DNA from: Bacteroidales bacterium
Lineage (GTDB): Bacteria > Bacteroidota > Bacteroidia > Bacteroidales > UBA932
Length of the DNA stretch: 64,000 nt
NCBI GenBank assembly: GCA_041441395.1
Contig: JASDTD010000045.1
Coordinates: 1,154 to 65,153, forward strand
Direction: 5' to 3'
Shown here one piece after another: positions 38,687 to 48,698 of this stretch. Position 1 is the first letter of the stretch. Each line of letters opens with the position of its first letter. The notes below the pieces were generated by a model, which saw only the letters and a program-made list of their open reading frames with translations, had not been told where the DNA came from and made no database searches. The position numbers and the translations under genes were made by a program.

Positions 38687-39457
38687 TTATTTTTTAACTT
38701 TAACTAGGATATCCATAAGTGAAATTGATGCGTCTTCCATTGAAATAACCAGAGAGTCAATCTTAGAAAGAATGTAGTTGTAAAGAATCTGGAGGATAAT
38801 ACCTACTACCAGACCACCTACGGTTGTGATCAAAGCCACTTTCATACCACCTGCCACAACATTAGGGGAGATATCACCTGCAGCTTCGATATCGTCGAAT
38901 GCCATGATAAGACCGATAACTGTTCCGAGGAAGCCAAGCATAGGTGCTGTAGCGATAAATAAAGAGATCCATGTAAGACCGCTTTCCATCTGGCTCATTT
39001 GAACTCCGCCATAAGAAACAACTGATTTTTCAACAACCTCTACACCTTCGTCCATACGAGAGATACCCTGGTAGAAAATTGATGCAACCGGACCTTTAGT
39101 ATTACGGCAAACATCTTTAGCAGCCTCTACTCCACCTGTTGCAAAAGCCTCTTCAATTTCCTTTAATAGTTTTTCTGTATTGGTAGTAGCCATGTTAAGA
39201 TAAATAATTCTTTCAATAGCTATAGCAAGACCTAAAATAAGACAAATAAGGATGGAAGCCATAAAACCTGCGCCCCCCTCAATGAACTTAGCCTTAAGTT
39301 GCTGGTGAATCGGAATCTCCTGCTGAACTGTTCCAGACTGGTCTACAGTCTCAGTTGCGGCTGGAGCGGCTGTCTCCTCCGGAGTTTGAGCAGCAAGGTA
39401 CTGTGCAGAAATGGTCATGAAGCCAACTACTGCCAAAAACATGAAAAGTTTTTTCAT
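38687..39457 (-). CDS. exbB: MotA/TolQ/ExbB proton-channel protein (start ATG 39457)
   Basis: Signal peptide; APMLGFLGTVIG and ALITTVGGL motifs. Confidence 0.93.
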   Translation of the reverse strand: MKKLFMFLAVVGFMTISAQYLAAQTPEETAAPAATETVDQSGTVQQEIPIHQQLKAKFIEGGAGFMASILICLILGLAIAIERIIYLNMATTNTEKLLKEIEEAFATGGVEAAKDVCRNTKGPVASIFYQGISRMDEGVEVVEKSVVSYGGVQMSQMESGLTWISLFIATAPMLGFLGTVIGLIMAFDDIEAAGDISPNVVAGGMKVALITTVGGLVVGIILQILYNYILSKIDSLVISMEDASISLMDILVKVKK

Positions 39458-39561
39458 AAATTTTTGAATGATTAAAGTATTAAACAATGTATTTTAAATA
39501 GTTATTTGTTTTCTATTATCGCCAAATATCGTGCAATTTAAAAAGAATTTTTTAATTTGTG

Positions 39562-40593
39562 CTAATTGATTGTAATTTCCCCCCGCAAATTTTCCGATAG
39601 TCTTATTTTAACATTCTGAGTTTCATTTTCCTGTCCGAGTAAAAAAAATAATTTTGTCAGAGCCGCCTCAGTTGTACTGTCATATCCGCTGATAACTCCA
39701 ATCTCCTTAAGTCTGATTCCTGTTGAATATGCCTCCATGTCCACCTTACCTGCCTGACATTGAGTTATATTAAGGATGATAATATCTCTCTGAATAGTCT
39801 CTTTAAGAGCATTAATAAACCATTCAGATGTGGGTGCATTTCCTGAACCGTAAGTTTCCAGAATTATTGCCTTAATGTTTTTTATTGAAAGGAATGATTT
39901 TATAAATTCCTCAGTGATCCCCGGGAAAATTTTTAGAATTGCAACAGATGTATCAAGATTTGTGTGTATTTTAAATTGGTTCTCCGCCGGAGACCTGATA
40001 ATCAGGGAGTCGTTGTATCTTATATGTATGCCGATATCTGCCAGTACAGGAAAGTTAGCAGATCTGAATGCCCTGAAATTCTCCGCATTGTATTTTGTTG
40101 TTCTGTTTCCTCTGTAAAGTTGACTTTCAAAGTATACACAAACTTCAGGTACAATTGCCTTTCCATTTTTGTCCCTTGCTGCTGCAATCTCTATTGATGA
40201 TATCAGATTCTCTTTGCCGTCTGTTCTAAGCATACCTATCGGGAGCTGGCTTCCGGTAAATATTACAGGTTTAGAGAGATTTTCCAGCATAAAACTCAGA
40301 GCGGATGCAGAGTAAGACATCGTATCTGTACCGTGGAGAACTACAAAGCCGTCATAATCATTATAATTTTGCTCTATTAGTTCTGCAATCTCAATCCAAA
40401 ATCCTACCTGAACATCAGAGGAGTCAATAGGAGGTTCAAAGGAGAAGGTGTCAATCTTGCATCCGAATTTTCTTAATTCGGGGACCTCTTGTAAAATCTG
40501 ACTGAAATTAAATGGCTTCAGTGCTCCTGTTGCAGGATCCTGTTTCATCCCAATTGTGCCACCTGTATAGATTAAAAGTATTGAAGAATTCAT
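39562..40593 (-). CDS. ansA: L-asparaginase type I
   Basis: TGGTIG, HGTDTM and TGSQ motifs; no signal peptide. Confidence 0.95.
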   Translation of the reverse strand: MNSSILLIYTGGTIGMKQDPATGALKPFNFSQILQEVPELRKFGCKIDTFSFEPPIDSSDVQVGFWIEIAELIEQNYNDYDGFVVLHGTDTMSYSASALSFMLENLSKPVIFTGSQLPIGMLRTDGKENLISSIEIAAARDKNGKAIVPEVCVYFESQLYRGNRTTKYNAENFRAFRSANFPVLADIGIHIRYNDSLIIRSPAENQFKIHTNLDTSVAILKIFPGITEEFIKSFLSIKNIKAIILETYGSGNAPTSEWFINALKETIQRDIIILNITQCQAGKVDMEAYSTGIRLKEIGVISGYDSTTEAALTKLFFLLGQENETQNVKIRLSENLRGEITIN

Positions 40594-40607
40594 TGGATAA
40601 GGTTTTC

Positions 40608-41384
40608 TTACTGCAATTTAAATAATTTTGTCGCACTATTTGTTGTGATTGAGGCAATTTCTTCTAAAGAAATATTAAAAATGTCTGCAAGTTTATCTGC
40701 AACAATCCTTACATAGGAGGGTTCATTTCTTTTACCTCTGTGAGGGACCGGTGTTAACCACGGCGAGTCAGTTTCAAGTATGATGTTCTCTATCCCTATC
40801 TCTTTTACGGTATTGGCAATATGGGCATTTTTGTATGTAACGACCCCGCCGATACCAGCCTTGAAATCACCATAGTTTCTAATGCGGCTGAATGTTTCTC
40901 TGCTCCCTGAAAATGCGTGGAAGACCCCCTTCAAATTAAGATTTTTGCATTTCTCAAGAATCTTAAAAATTTCTTCATATGAGTCCCTTGAGTGGATTAT
41001 TACCGGAAGATTAAGTGAAGATGCCAGATTGAGCTGTTCATAGAATACAATTGCCTGTTGCTCCATAAATTCTCTGGACCAGTAACCATCCATGCCTATT
41101 TCGCCAATGGCAATGTAATTTCCTGAAGATGCCTCTTTTAAAACAAACTCCAGCTCTTCTTTCCAGTTATTATTCACAGATGTGGGATGTAGCCCTGTTG
41201 CAGCAAAAGCATATCCTTTAAACCTTTCCTCGCATTGAAGTAAATATTTGTGAGTCTCTTTATCAATTGCAGGGAGTATGCAGGTTGTCACACCCACCCC
41301 CATGGCTCTCTCAACAACCTCATCACAGTCAGACAAAAGAGCCTCGTCATAAAGGTGAGTATGGGTATCAATTAATTGAATCAT
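40608..41384 (-). CDS. tatD: TatD-family nuclease
   Basis: DTHTH, GLHP, GEIG, HSR, HAF and ETDSP motifs. Confidence 0.93.
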   Translation of the reverse strand: MIQLIDTHTHLYDEALLSDCDEVVERAMGVGVTTCILPAIDKETHKYLLQCEERFKGYAFAATGLHPTSVNNNWKEELEFVLKEASSGNYIAIGEIGMDGYWSREFMEQQAIVFYEQLNLASSLNLPVIIHSRDSYEEIFKILEKCKNLNLKGVFHAFSGSRETFSRIRNYGDFKAGIGGVVTYKNAHIANTVKEIGIENIILETDSPWLTPVPHRGKRNEPSYVRIVADKLADIFNISLEEIASITTNSATKLFKLQ

Positions 41385-41399
41385 TAAAATTAAGCTGAT

Positions 41400-42509
41400 T
41401 TATTTGGCTAAAAATCTCCTCCCGGGTGTCTGAACAACAAAACCTTCCACCTCCAGCTCAAGCATAGCAGCTGAAAGAGCCTTAACAGAAAGATCTGTAG
41501 AATTGCAAAGTTCGTCCAGGGATAAACCGGGATTAAGTTTCAAAGCTACTAATATTTTTTCTTTAAGGGGGTCTCCGCCATAAAAGAGTAGCCCCGGACT
41601 TTCACTCTTCTTATTTTTGTTACTCTTCCAGCCCAGTGCAGAAAGAAGAGCTTCAGGTCCTGTATATATATTTGCTGCATTCTTTGCAATAAGATTATTG
41701 CACCCTTCAGATCTGATATCAGTTATTCTGCCGGGCAGGGCAAAGACTTCACGGGAATATGAATCGGCGAGCTCAGCAGTAGTAAGTGCACCCCCTTTTT
41801 TTCTTGATTCAACCACTATTGTGGCTTTTGATAATCCGGCAATCAGTCTGTTTCTTTGTACAAAATTTATTTTAAAATCGATACTTCCCCTTGGAAACTC
41901 AGTGACAAGAGCGCCGCTTTTGATTATTGCCCTCGCATAAGATGTGTGAGCTCTGGGATAAATTCTATCCAGAGGATTTGCAAGAACAGCAATAGTATCA
42001 AGATGAAATTCAAGGGCGCTTTTATGGGCAGTTATGTCAATACCATATGCCAGACCGCTGGCAATAACAGGAGAGTGACCGCTCTCTGCCATGTCCCTTA
42101 CTACCATTCTGCACTCCTCTACTCCTCGTGCAGATGCCTCTCTTGTTCCAACCACAGCAATAATTTTCCCGCAACTAATATTTGTTGTCCCTATTGAGTA
42201 GAAAACTACAGGAGCATCCTGGCACGAGGATAGTTGTTCAGGGTAGTTTTCACACCCCTGAAGGTGAATGGAGATTCCCTTCTCTTTACACCAGCACACC
42301 TCTTTTTCAGCAATCTCAATCTCTTTTCCCGATGTGATTTCATTGACATACCTGCTCCCTTTTCCGAACAAATCCTCCAGTTCATCTCTCTTCATTGCAA
42401 AGAGAGCCCCTGCAGAGCCAAGAGTATCAATAATCTTTCTTGGCATCTCAACCTTGTACCTGAAAATTGAGCTTAGCGCAATTGCATAAATAAGTTCATC
42501 GGGATACAT
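41400..42509 (-). CDS. dprA: DNA-processing protein DprA (start ATG 42509)
   Basis: AVVGTR, SGLAYGID, RNRLIAG, GALTTA, VFALPG and GCNNLI motifs; C-terminal winged helix LELEVEG. Confidence 0.95.
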   Translation of the reverse strand: MYPDELIYAIALSSIFRYKVEMPRKIIDTLGSAGALFAMKRDELEDLFGKGSRYVNEITSGKEIEIAEKEVCWCKEKGISIHLQGCENYPEQLSSCQDAPVVFYSIGTTNISCGKIIAVVGTREASARGVEECRMVVRDMAESGHSPVIASGLAYGIDITAHKSALEFHLDTIAVLANPLDRIYPRAHTSYARAIIKSGALVTEFPRGSIDFKINFVQRNRLIAGLSKATIVVESRKKGGALTTAELADSYSREVFALPGRITDIRSEGCNNLIAKNAANIYTGPEALLSALGWKSNKNKKSESPGLLFYGGDPLKEKILVALKLNPGLSLDELCNSTDLSVKALSAAMLELEVEGFVVQTPGRRFLAK

Positions 42510-42624
42510 TTTCAACTTTTTTTATAAAGTTAGAGTTAGTTATCCCGATGAAAATATCTTTGTTTCCGGAAAAAGAAAATTTTAATAAATAATTGGAAAA
42601 AAAAGGTCTTTTATCAGATATACC

Positions 42625-43674
42625 TTATATTATGAGCATGGCATCGCCATAGGTACCAAATCTGTAACCCTCCTTCAGAGCTACATTATAGGCCTTCATA
42701 ACATTATCATATCCTCCAAAGGCTGCAACAGTCATAAGCATTGTAGACTGAGGCAGGTGGAAGTTGGATATGAGAGCATCAGGAACAGCAAAATTGTGAG
42801 GAGGAAATATAAATTTATTTGTCCATCCGTTAAATGGTTTAATCCTGTTTTGTGTTGTAACGGATGTTTCAACAGCCCTTAGAACTGTAACACCAACTGC
42901 AAATACCTTTTTCCCATTTTCCCGGGCACTGTTTATATCATTCGCAGCTTGCTCTGAAATAAACATCTGCTCAGAGTCCATTTTATGCTTGCTTAAATCT
43001 TCAACATCTACTGTTCTGAAGTTTCCTAGCCCCATGTGAAGAGTAATACTGGTAGTGTTTACACCTTTTATCTCCATCCTTTTTATGAGCTCTCTGCTAA
43101 AGTGAAGCCCTGCAGCAGGTGCAGCAACTGCTCCTTCGTTCTCGGCATAAATTGTCTGATATCTTTCAGAATCTACGCTCTCAGCCTTGCCCCTTATCCA
43201 TTTTGGAATAGGCATCTCACCCATTCTGAATAGTGTTGATTTGAACTCTTCGTGAGTACCATCAAACAAAAATCTCAGTGTACGGCCCCTGGAGGTTGTG
43301 TTGTCAATTACCTCTGCTACCAGGCTGTCATTCTCTCCAAAGTAGAGTTTATTTCCAATTCTGATTTTTCTGGCAGGATCAACAAGGACATCCCATAATT
43401 TCTGGTCACTGTTCAATTCTCTAAGAAGGAAAACTTCTATCTCTGCTCCGGTTTTCTCCTTATTTCCATATAACCTTGCCGGGAACACCTTGGTGTTATT
43501 AAAGACAAAAACATCATTCTCGTCTGTGTATTTGAGAATCTCCTTAAAGGTAGTGTGTTCTATCTCTCCTGTCTTTCTGCTCATTACCAATAGCTTGGAT
43601 TCGTCTCTGTATTTAGAAGGGTATTTGGCAATTGCTTCTGCCGGTAGGTTGTAATTAAACTGGGATAATTTCAT
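42625..43674 (-). CDS. queA: SAM:tRNA ribosyltransferase-isomerase
   Basis: FNYNLP...[29 protein letters not shown] and YGDAMLI motifs. Confidence 0.9.
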   Translation of the reverse strand: MKLSQFNYNLPAEAIAKYPSKYRDESKLLVMSRKTGEIEHTTFKEILKYTDENDVFVFNNTKVFPARLYGNKEKTGAEIEVFLLRELNSDQKLWDVLVDPARKIRIGNKLYFGENDSLVAEVIDNTTSRGRTLRFLFDGTHEEFKSTLFRMGEMPIPKWIRGKAESVDSERYQTIYAENEGAVAAPAAGLHFSRELIKRMEIKGVNTTSITLHMGLGNFRTVDVEDLSKHKMDSEQMFISEQAANDINSARENGKKVFAVGVTVLRAVETSVTTQNRIKPFNGWTNKFIFPPHNFAVPDALISNFHLPQSTMLMTVAAFGGYDNVMKAYNVALKEGYRFGTYGDAMLII

Positions 43675-43745
43675 AATAGTATAAAAAAGTTGACGACTCT
43701 TTCTTATACGGATTATTTTTAAAAAAGTTTCAGAAATATATAAAA

Positions 43746-44498
43746 TTATAAAATTTCAAAAATTTTTTCAGCTTCATCCAGATTCAGTGCGTTTTCAATT
43801 CTAAAAGGGCCGGATGCGCTCCTTATCAGAGCGGTAAGGTGCGCGCCACTTCCGGCCGCAATACCGATATCCCTGGCAAATGACCTGATGTATGTCCCTT
43901 TGCTGCAGCTAATAGCAATTTTTAAAAGAGGGTTGTTAAAAGATATCACCTCAAGCTGATGAATTTTAATTCTTGCCGGTTTCATTTCCGCATCTCTCCC
44001 GGCTCTGGCAATATCGTATGCCCTTTTGCCATCTATAAGTTTTGCAGAGAATATCGGGGGTATCTGATCAATTTCTCCTTTGAGACTGTCAAGCAAAGAT
44101 TCAATTAGATCCCGGTCAATATGTTCAAATGGGAAAGTTGCGTCAATCTCTTTTTCAAGATCGTAAGATGGGGTAGTTGCTCCAAAACTTATATCAGCAA
44201 TGTATTCTTTCTGTTCTGCCTGAAGATTTTCAGCTGCTCTTGTTGCCTTTCCGATACAGATAAGAAGAATTCCTGTTGCCAGCGGATCCAGGGTTCCTGC
44301 ATGTCCTACCTTGATATTTTTCTGGTTGAAAAAACGCTGAAGCCTGAATTTTAATTTTCTTACAGCATCTGCCGATGTCCATTTTAAAGGTTTGTCAAGA
44401 ACAAGAACAATACCTCCCGGATAATCATCAAGGTTTCTTGAAAGATTTATACTACTATTTCTTTTGTCAAGTATGTGAAAATTCTCCTGACTTTTCAT
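43746..44498 (-). CDS. truB: tRNA pseudouridine(55) synthase
   Basis: [14 protein letters not shown] and CSKGTYIRS motifs. Confidence 0.96.
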   Translation of the reverse strand: MKSQENFHILDKRNSSINLSRNLDDYPGGIVLVLDKPLKWTSADAVRKLKFRLQRFFNQKNIKVGHAGTLDPLATGILLICIGKATRAAENLQAEQKEYIADISFGATTPSYDLEKEIDATFPFEHIDRDLIESLLDSLKGEIDQIPPIFSAKLIDGKRAYDIARAGRDAEMKPARIKIHQLEVISFNNPLLKIAISCSKGTYIRSFARDIGIAAGSGAHLTALIRSASGPFRIENALNLDEAEKIFEIL

Positions 44499-44926
44499 TT
44501 GCAGGGAATTTTGTTAATCCTGGCTTCGTGTCTTCCTCCTTCGAATGATGCAGCCAGAAAAGACCTGAGAATTGCTTTTGCCTCCTGATGAGTAATAAAT
44601 CTTGCAGGAAGAGAAAGTATGTTTGCATTGTTGTGATTTCTTGCAAGTTTTGCCAGCTCTTCATTCCAGCACAGAGCAGCTCTGATGCCGGGGTATTTGT
44701 TAACCGTCATACTAATTCCATTTCCTGAACCGCAAATTGCTATTCCTAAAGGCAGCTCTCCGCTTTCAACAGCTCGTGCAAGAGGGTGAGCTACATCTGG
44801 ATAGTCCATGCTTGCAGGAGAATTAGTCCCAAAGTCCTCTGTCTGGTAGCCCAAAAGTGCAAGCTCATCTTTTAGAATCTCTTTAAGTTCGTACCCTGCG
44901 TGGTCAGAAGCAATACCTATTTTCAT
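44495..44926 (-). CDS. rpiB: Ribose-5-phosphate isomerase B
   Basis: SDHAG, DYPD, CGSGNG, HNNAN and FEGGRH motifs. Confidence 0.96.
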   Translation of the reverse strand: MKIGIASDHAGYELKEILKDELALLGYQTEDFGTNSPASMDYPDVAHPLARAVESGELPLGIAICGSGNGISMTVNKYPGIRAALCWNEELAKLARNHNNANILSLPARFITHQEAKAILRSFLAASFEGGRHEARINKIPCK

Positions 44927-44946
44927 AATTTCTAATTTTTCGCGGG

Positions 44947-44976
44947 CAAAGTTAGCATTTTAAATTATTACATTTG
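44947..44976. promoter_or_regulatory. Closely spaced divergent -7 elements (TAACTTTG on - at 44947-44954; TACATTTG on + at 44969-44976)
   Basis: Consensus matches between rpiB and the DegT gene. Confidence 0.72.
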
Positions 44977-44983
44977 CACCATT

Positions 44984-46105
44984 ATGAAAATAGAGATGCT
45001 TGACCTTAAGGGTCAATACATAAATATTAAAGAGGAGATAAATCTGGAGATAGCAAATGTTTTGAACGAAACTCAGTTCATTGGGGGACGCCAGGTCTCA
45101 GAGTTCACAACGGCTCTGTCTGAATATCTCTCCTCTAAGTTTGTCGTTACATGTGGAAACGGAACTGATGCATTACAGATTGCTCTTATGGCGCTTGGAC
45201 TTAAGAGAGGCGAAGAGGTGATTATACCGGCCTTTACATACGCTGCAACTGCTGAGGTTGTGGCCCTTCTCGGCCTCACACCTGTTCTGGTGGATGTTCA
45301 CCCTGATAGTTTTAATATAGACGCTTCTCAGATACCACTGGTTGTCTCTGAAAAGACCAAAGCTATTATGCCTGTCCATCTTTTTGGACAATCTGCAGAC
45401 ATGGATAAAGTGATGCAAATGGCAAAAAGTTTCGGATTAAGTGTAATTGAGGATAATGCTCAGGCAATTGGCTCAAAATATATTACAGAGAGTGGAGTGA
45501 GAATCAACTGCGGAACTATAGGGGATATTGGATGTACATCCTTCTTTCCGTCAAAAAACCTTGGGTGTTACGGAGATGGAGGGGCTATGTTTACTCAGAA
45601 CCAGGAGATTGCAGAGAAGATAAAAATGATAGCAAATCATGGTCAGAAAATTAAATACAGGCATGATTTAATTGGCTGTAATTCAAGACTTGACACTATT
45701 CAGGCTGCAATTCTTAAGGTGAAACTATCAAAACTCAATGAGTATTCATTAGCAAGAAATATGGCTGCACAGATATATCGTGAGCTACTTAAAGGAGTTG
45801 AGGAGATAATGCTTCCGGCTGAGATGCCGTATTCTACACATGTTTATCATCAATTTACAATAAGGTGCAAAAGACGGGATGAACTTAAAGAGTATCTTCT
45901 TAAAAATGGCATTCCAACTATGATATACTATCCTTTCCCAATTCATCATCAGCCGGCCTTTGCAGATATTGTTGCAATCCGATGTGATCTAGCGGTGGCT
46001 GAAAGGTTGTCTGAGGAGGTACTCTCTCTGCCGATGCATACAGAACTTAAACCTGAAGAGATAAAGTATATAGCAGACAGTATTAAAAACTTCTTTTGCA
46101 AATAA
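44984..46105 (+). CDS. DegT/DnrJ/EryC1/StrS nucleotide-sugar aminotransferase
   Basis: GNGTDAL, VHLFGQ, EDNAQA, SFFPSKNLG (PLP Lys) and NSRLD motifs. Confidence 0.93.
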   Translation: MKIEMLDLKGQYINIKEEINLEIANVLNETQFIGGRQVSEFTTALSEYLSSKFVVTCGNGTDALQIALMALGLKRGEEVIIPAFTYAATAEVVALLGLTPVLVDVHPDSFNIDASQIPLVVSEKTKAIMPVHLFGQSADMDKVMQMAKSFGLSVIEDNAQAIGSKYITESGVRINCGTIGDIGCTSFFPSKNLGCYGDGGAMFTQNQEIAEKIKMIANHGQKIKYRHDLIGCNSRLDTIQAAILKVKLSKLNEYSLARNMAAQIYRELLKGVEEIMLPAEMPYSTHVYHQFTIRCKRRDELKEYLLKNGIPTMIYYPFPIHHQPAFADIVAIRCDLAVAERLSEEVLSLPMHTELKPEEIKYIADSIKNFFCK

Positions 46106-46113
46106 TAATGATA

Positions 46114-47160
46114 ATGGATAAAAAAAAGATACTTGTAACGGGAGGAACCGGATATATTGGAGCTCATACAGTTGTCGAACTCGATGCTGCCGGATATAGT
46201 GTTGTAATAGTTGATAATTTCTCCAACTCATCTCCAGATGTGCTTGACGGATTGGAGAGAATTACTGGAAAAAGGCACCCCTTTATGAAACTGGATTGCG
46301 CTGACAGGGGGGATATGGAGAGGCTTTTCGGCGAACATCCGGATATCTCGGCTGCCATCCATTTTGCAGCCTTTAAAGCTGTAGGAGAGAGTGTTGATAA
46401 ACCGCTTGAGTATTACAGAAACAACATTGACTCCCTGATAAACCTGCTCGAAGCATTTCAAAGTAGGGGAATTGAGGGCGGTATTGTCTTTTCATCCTCT
46501 TGTACAGTATACGGACAGCCTGATAATGATCATCTTCCGGTAAGTGAAAGTGCTCCGCTTCAGCCGGCTGCTTCGCCATACGGAAGAACAAAACAGATCT
46601 GTGAAGATATTCTGGCCGATACTGTTAAAGCCTCAAAGGGAGGTCTGAAGGCAATTGCATTAAGGTATTTTAACCCAATAGGAGCACACCCCTCTGCGCT
46701 GATAGGGGAGTTGCCAACTGGGATTCCTCAGAATCTACTCCCTTTTGTAACCCAGACAGCAATTGGACTCAGAAAAGAGTTGAGCATATTTGGAGATGAC
46801 TACAACACACCGGACGGAACCTGCATAAGAGATTACATATATGTTTGTGACCTTGCCAGGGCACATGTAAAAGCTGTGGAAAGAATTATTGAGAATAGTG
46901 AAAGGGCAGGAGAGATTGAGTTCTTCAACCTTGGCACAGGAAGAGGTCTCTCTGTTCTTGAGGTGGTTAACAGATTTATGGAGGCTACGGGTGTTAATGT
47001 GCCCTATAAAATTGTTGGAAGAAGGGAGGGTGATATTGAAAAAGTGTGGGCCAACCCATTAAAAGCAAACGAAGTGCTCGGCTGGAAAGCCGACACTCCG
47101 CTTGAAGATGTTTTCAGATCTGCCTGGGGCTGGGAGAAAAAAATCAGGCAGAATATTTAA
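46114..47160 (+). CDS. galE: UDP-glucose 4-epimerase (start 46114 or 46108)
   Basis: GGTGYIG, FAAFKAVGES, SSSCTVYG, YGRTK, LRYFNP and RDYI motifs. Confidence 0.95.
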   Translation: MDKKKILVTGGTGYIGAHTVVELDAAGYSVVIVDNFSNSSPDVLDGLERITGKRHPFMKLDCADRGDMERLFGEHPDISAAIHFAAFKAVGESVDKPLEYYRNNIDSLINLLEAFQSRGIEGGIVFSSSCTVYGQPDNDHLPVSESAPLQPAASPYGRTKQICEDILADTVKASKGGLKAIALRYFNPIGAHPSALIGELPTGIPQNLLPFVTQTAIGLRKELSIFGDDYNTPDGTCIRDYIYVCDLARAHVKAVERIIENSERAGEIEFFNLGTGRGLSVLEVVNRFMEATGVNVPYKIVGRREGDIEKVWANPLKANEVLGWKADTPLEDVFRSAWGWEKKIRQNI

Positions 47161-48694
47161 TGATTTGGTCAATTCTGGCAACACTCTCCTCTCTTCCAAG
47201 CAGGAATATGATGTCTGCAACGCCGGGACCCTTTGAAGCACCTACAAGTGCCAGCCTTAGCGTATTCATTACTCCACCCATTTGCCAGCCACGCTCTTTT
47301 ATAAGTACGGGCAGAGTGTGTTCAATATTCTCTTTGTTAAAATCTTCCAGGGAGTTTAACATAACTGAAATCTCATTAAGGATTCCCGGAGTCTCCTCTT
47401 TCCAGAATTTTGTTTTAACATTTTGATCATATTCGTGGGGCCTTACAAAGAAATAGTCGCCAAGATCCCAGAACTCCTTTATAAAAACAGCTCTCTCTTT
47501 AAGAAGTGATACTACACTGGTAATGTATTCAATATTTTTGGTGATTCCCTTCTCTGACAGCTGTGCAGAGAAGACCTCGGCCAACTCTTCCGGACTCCTC
47601 ATTCTCAGATACTCCTGATTAAACCAGCGAGCTTTGTCAGGATTAAATCTTGCTCCTGATTTTATTACTCTATCCAGAGAGAATGACTCTGCCAGCTCTT
47701 CAAGTGAAAAAATCTCCTGTTCTGTACCCGGATTCCATCCAAGGAGTGCAAGCAGATTTACAAATGCATCGGGGAAGTAACCATCCTCCCTGTATCCTCT
47801 CGATTTCTCCCCTTCGCTGTTTGTCCACTCAAGCGGGAATACAGGAAAGCCGAGTCTGTCTCCATCCCTTTTACTCAATTTCCCTTTTCCGTCCGGCTTA
47901 AGAAGAAGTGAGAGGTGAGCAAATTCCGGCTGCTCTTTATCCCATCCAAAAGCCTCATAAAGAAGATAATGCAGAGGCAGTGAAGGGAGCCATTCCTCTC
48001 CACGGATTACATCGGTAATCTCCATAAGGTGGTCGTCAACTATATTTGCAAGATGATAAGTAGGGAGTTCATCAGCCGCTTTCCAGAGTACTTTGTCGTC
48101 AAGTGTGTTGGTGTTAACTTCTATCTCTCCTCTTATCATATCCACCATCTTGACCACTCTGTCTACAGGCATTTTAAATCTGATAACCCAGTGATTCTCC
48201 TCTTTAAGCCTTTTTGAGGTCTCCTCTGATGAGAGTCTTAATGAAGTTTTCAGACTCTCCCTCACCCGATAGTTGTATGTAAAGGTATCTCCTCTTGATT
48301 CACATTCTGCTCTTAATATATCCAGCTCCTCAGATGAGTCAAATGAATAGTATGCGAAGCCCTTTTCAACCAGCTCCTCTGCATACTTTCTGTACAGAGG
48401 TTTTCTTTGTGATTGTCTGTATGGAGCATGGCTGTGTTTTTCAGACGGATTCTCAACTATCTTCCCGTTTTCCACCCCTTCATCGGGAGAGATGCCACAC
48501 CAGGAAAGAGCCTCAATAATATACTCCTCAGCTCCGGGTACAAATCTTTGCGAATCTGTGTCTTCAATTCTTAAGATGAAATCTCCCCCTCTCTGCTTTG
48601 CATAGAGATAGTTATATAGTGCAGTCCTTACTCCGCCGATGTGTAGCGGACCGGTGGGGCTGGGTGCAAAGCGAACCCTTGTTCTTTTCGCCAT
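47144..48694 (-). CDS. gltX: Glutamate-tRNA ligase (start ATG 48694)
   Basis: RFAPSPTG, HIGG, RIEDTD and KLSKR motifs. Confidence 0.97.
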   Translation of the reverse strand: MAKRTRVRFAPSPTGPLHIGGVRTALYNYLYAKQRGGDFILRIEDTDSQRFVPGAEEYIIEALSWCGISPDEGVENGKIVENPSEKHSHAPYRQSQRKPLYRKYAEELVEKGFAYYSFDSSEELDILRAECESRGDTFTYNYRVRESLKTSLRLSSEETSKRLKEENHWVIRFKMPVDRVVKMVDMIRGEIEVNTNTLDDKVLWKAADELPTYHLANIVDDHLMEITDVIRGEEWLPSLPLHYLLYEAFGWDKEQPEFAHLSLLLKPDGKGKLSKRDGDRLGFPVFPLEWTNSEGEKSRGYREDGYFPDAFVNLLALLGWNPGTEQEIFSLEELAESFSLDRVIKSGARFNPDKARWFNQEYLRMRSPEELAEVFSAQLSEKGITKNIEYITSVVSLLKERAVFIKEFWDLGDYFFVRPHEYDQNVKTKFWKEETPGILNEISVMLNSLEDFNKENIEHTLPVLIKERGWQMGGVMNTLRLALVGASKGPGVADIIFLLGREESVARIDQIIKYSA

Positions 48695-48698
48695 TTTA

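Noticed and set aside
39458-39561. tRNA gene between ansA and exbB
   Set aside because: AT-rich, with no cloverleaf or GTTCRA T-loop.
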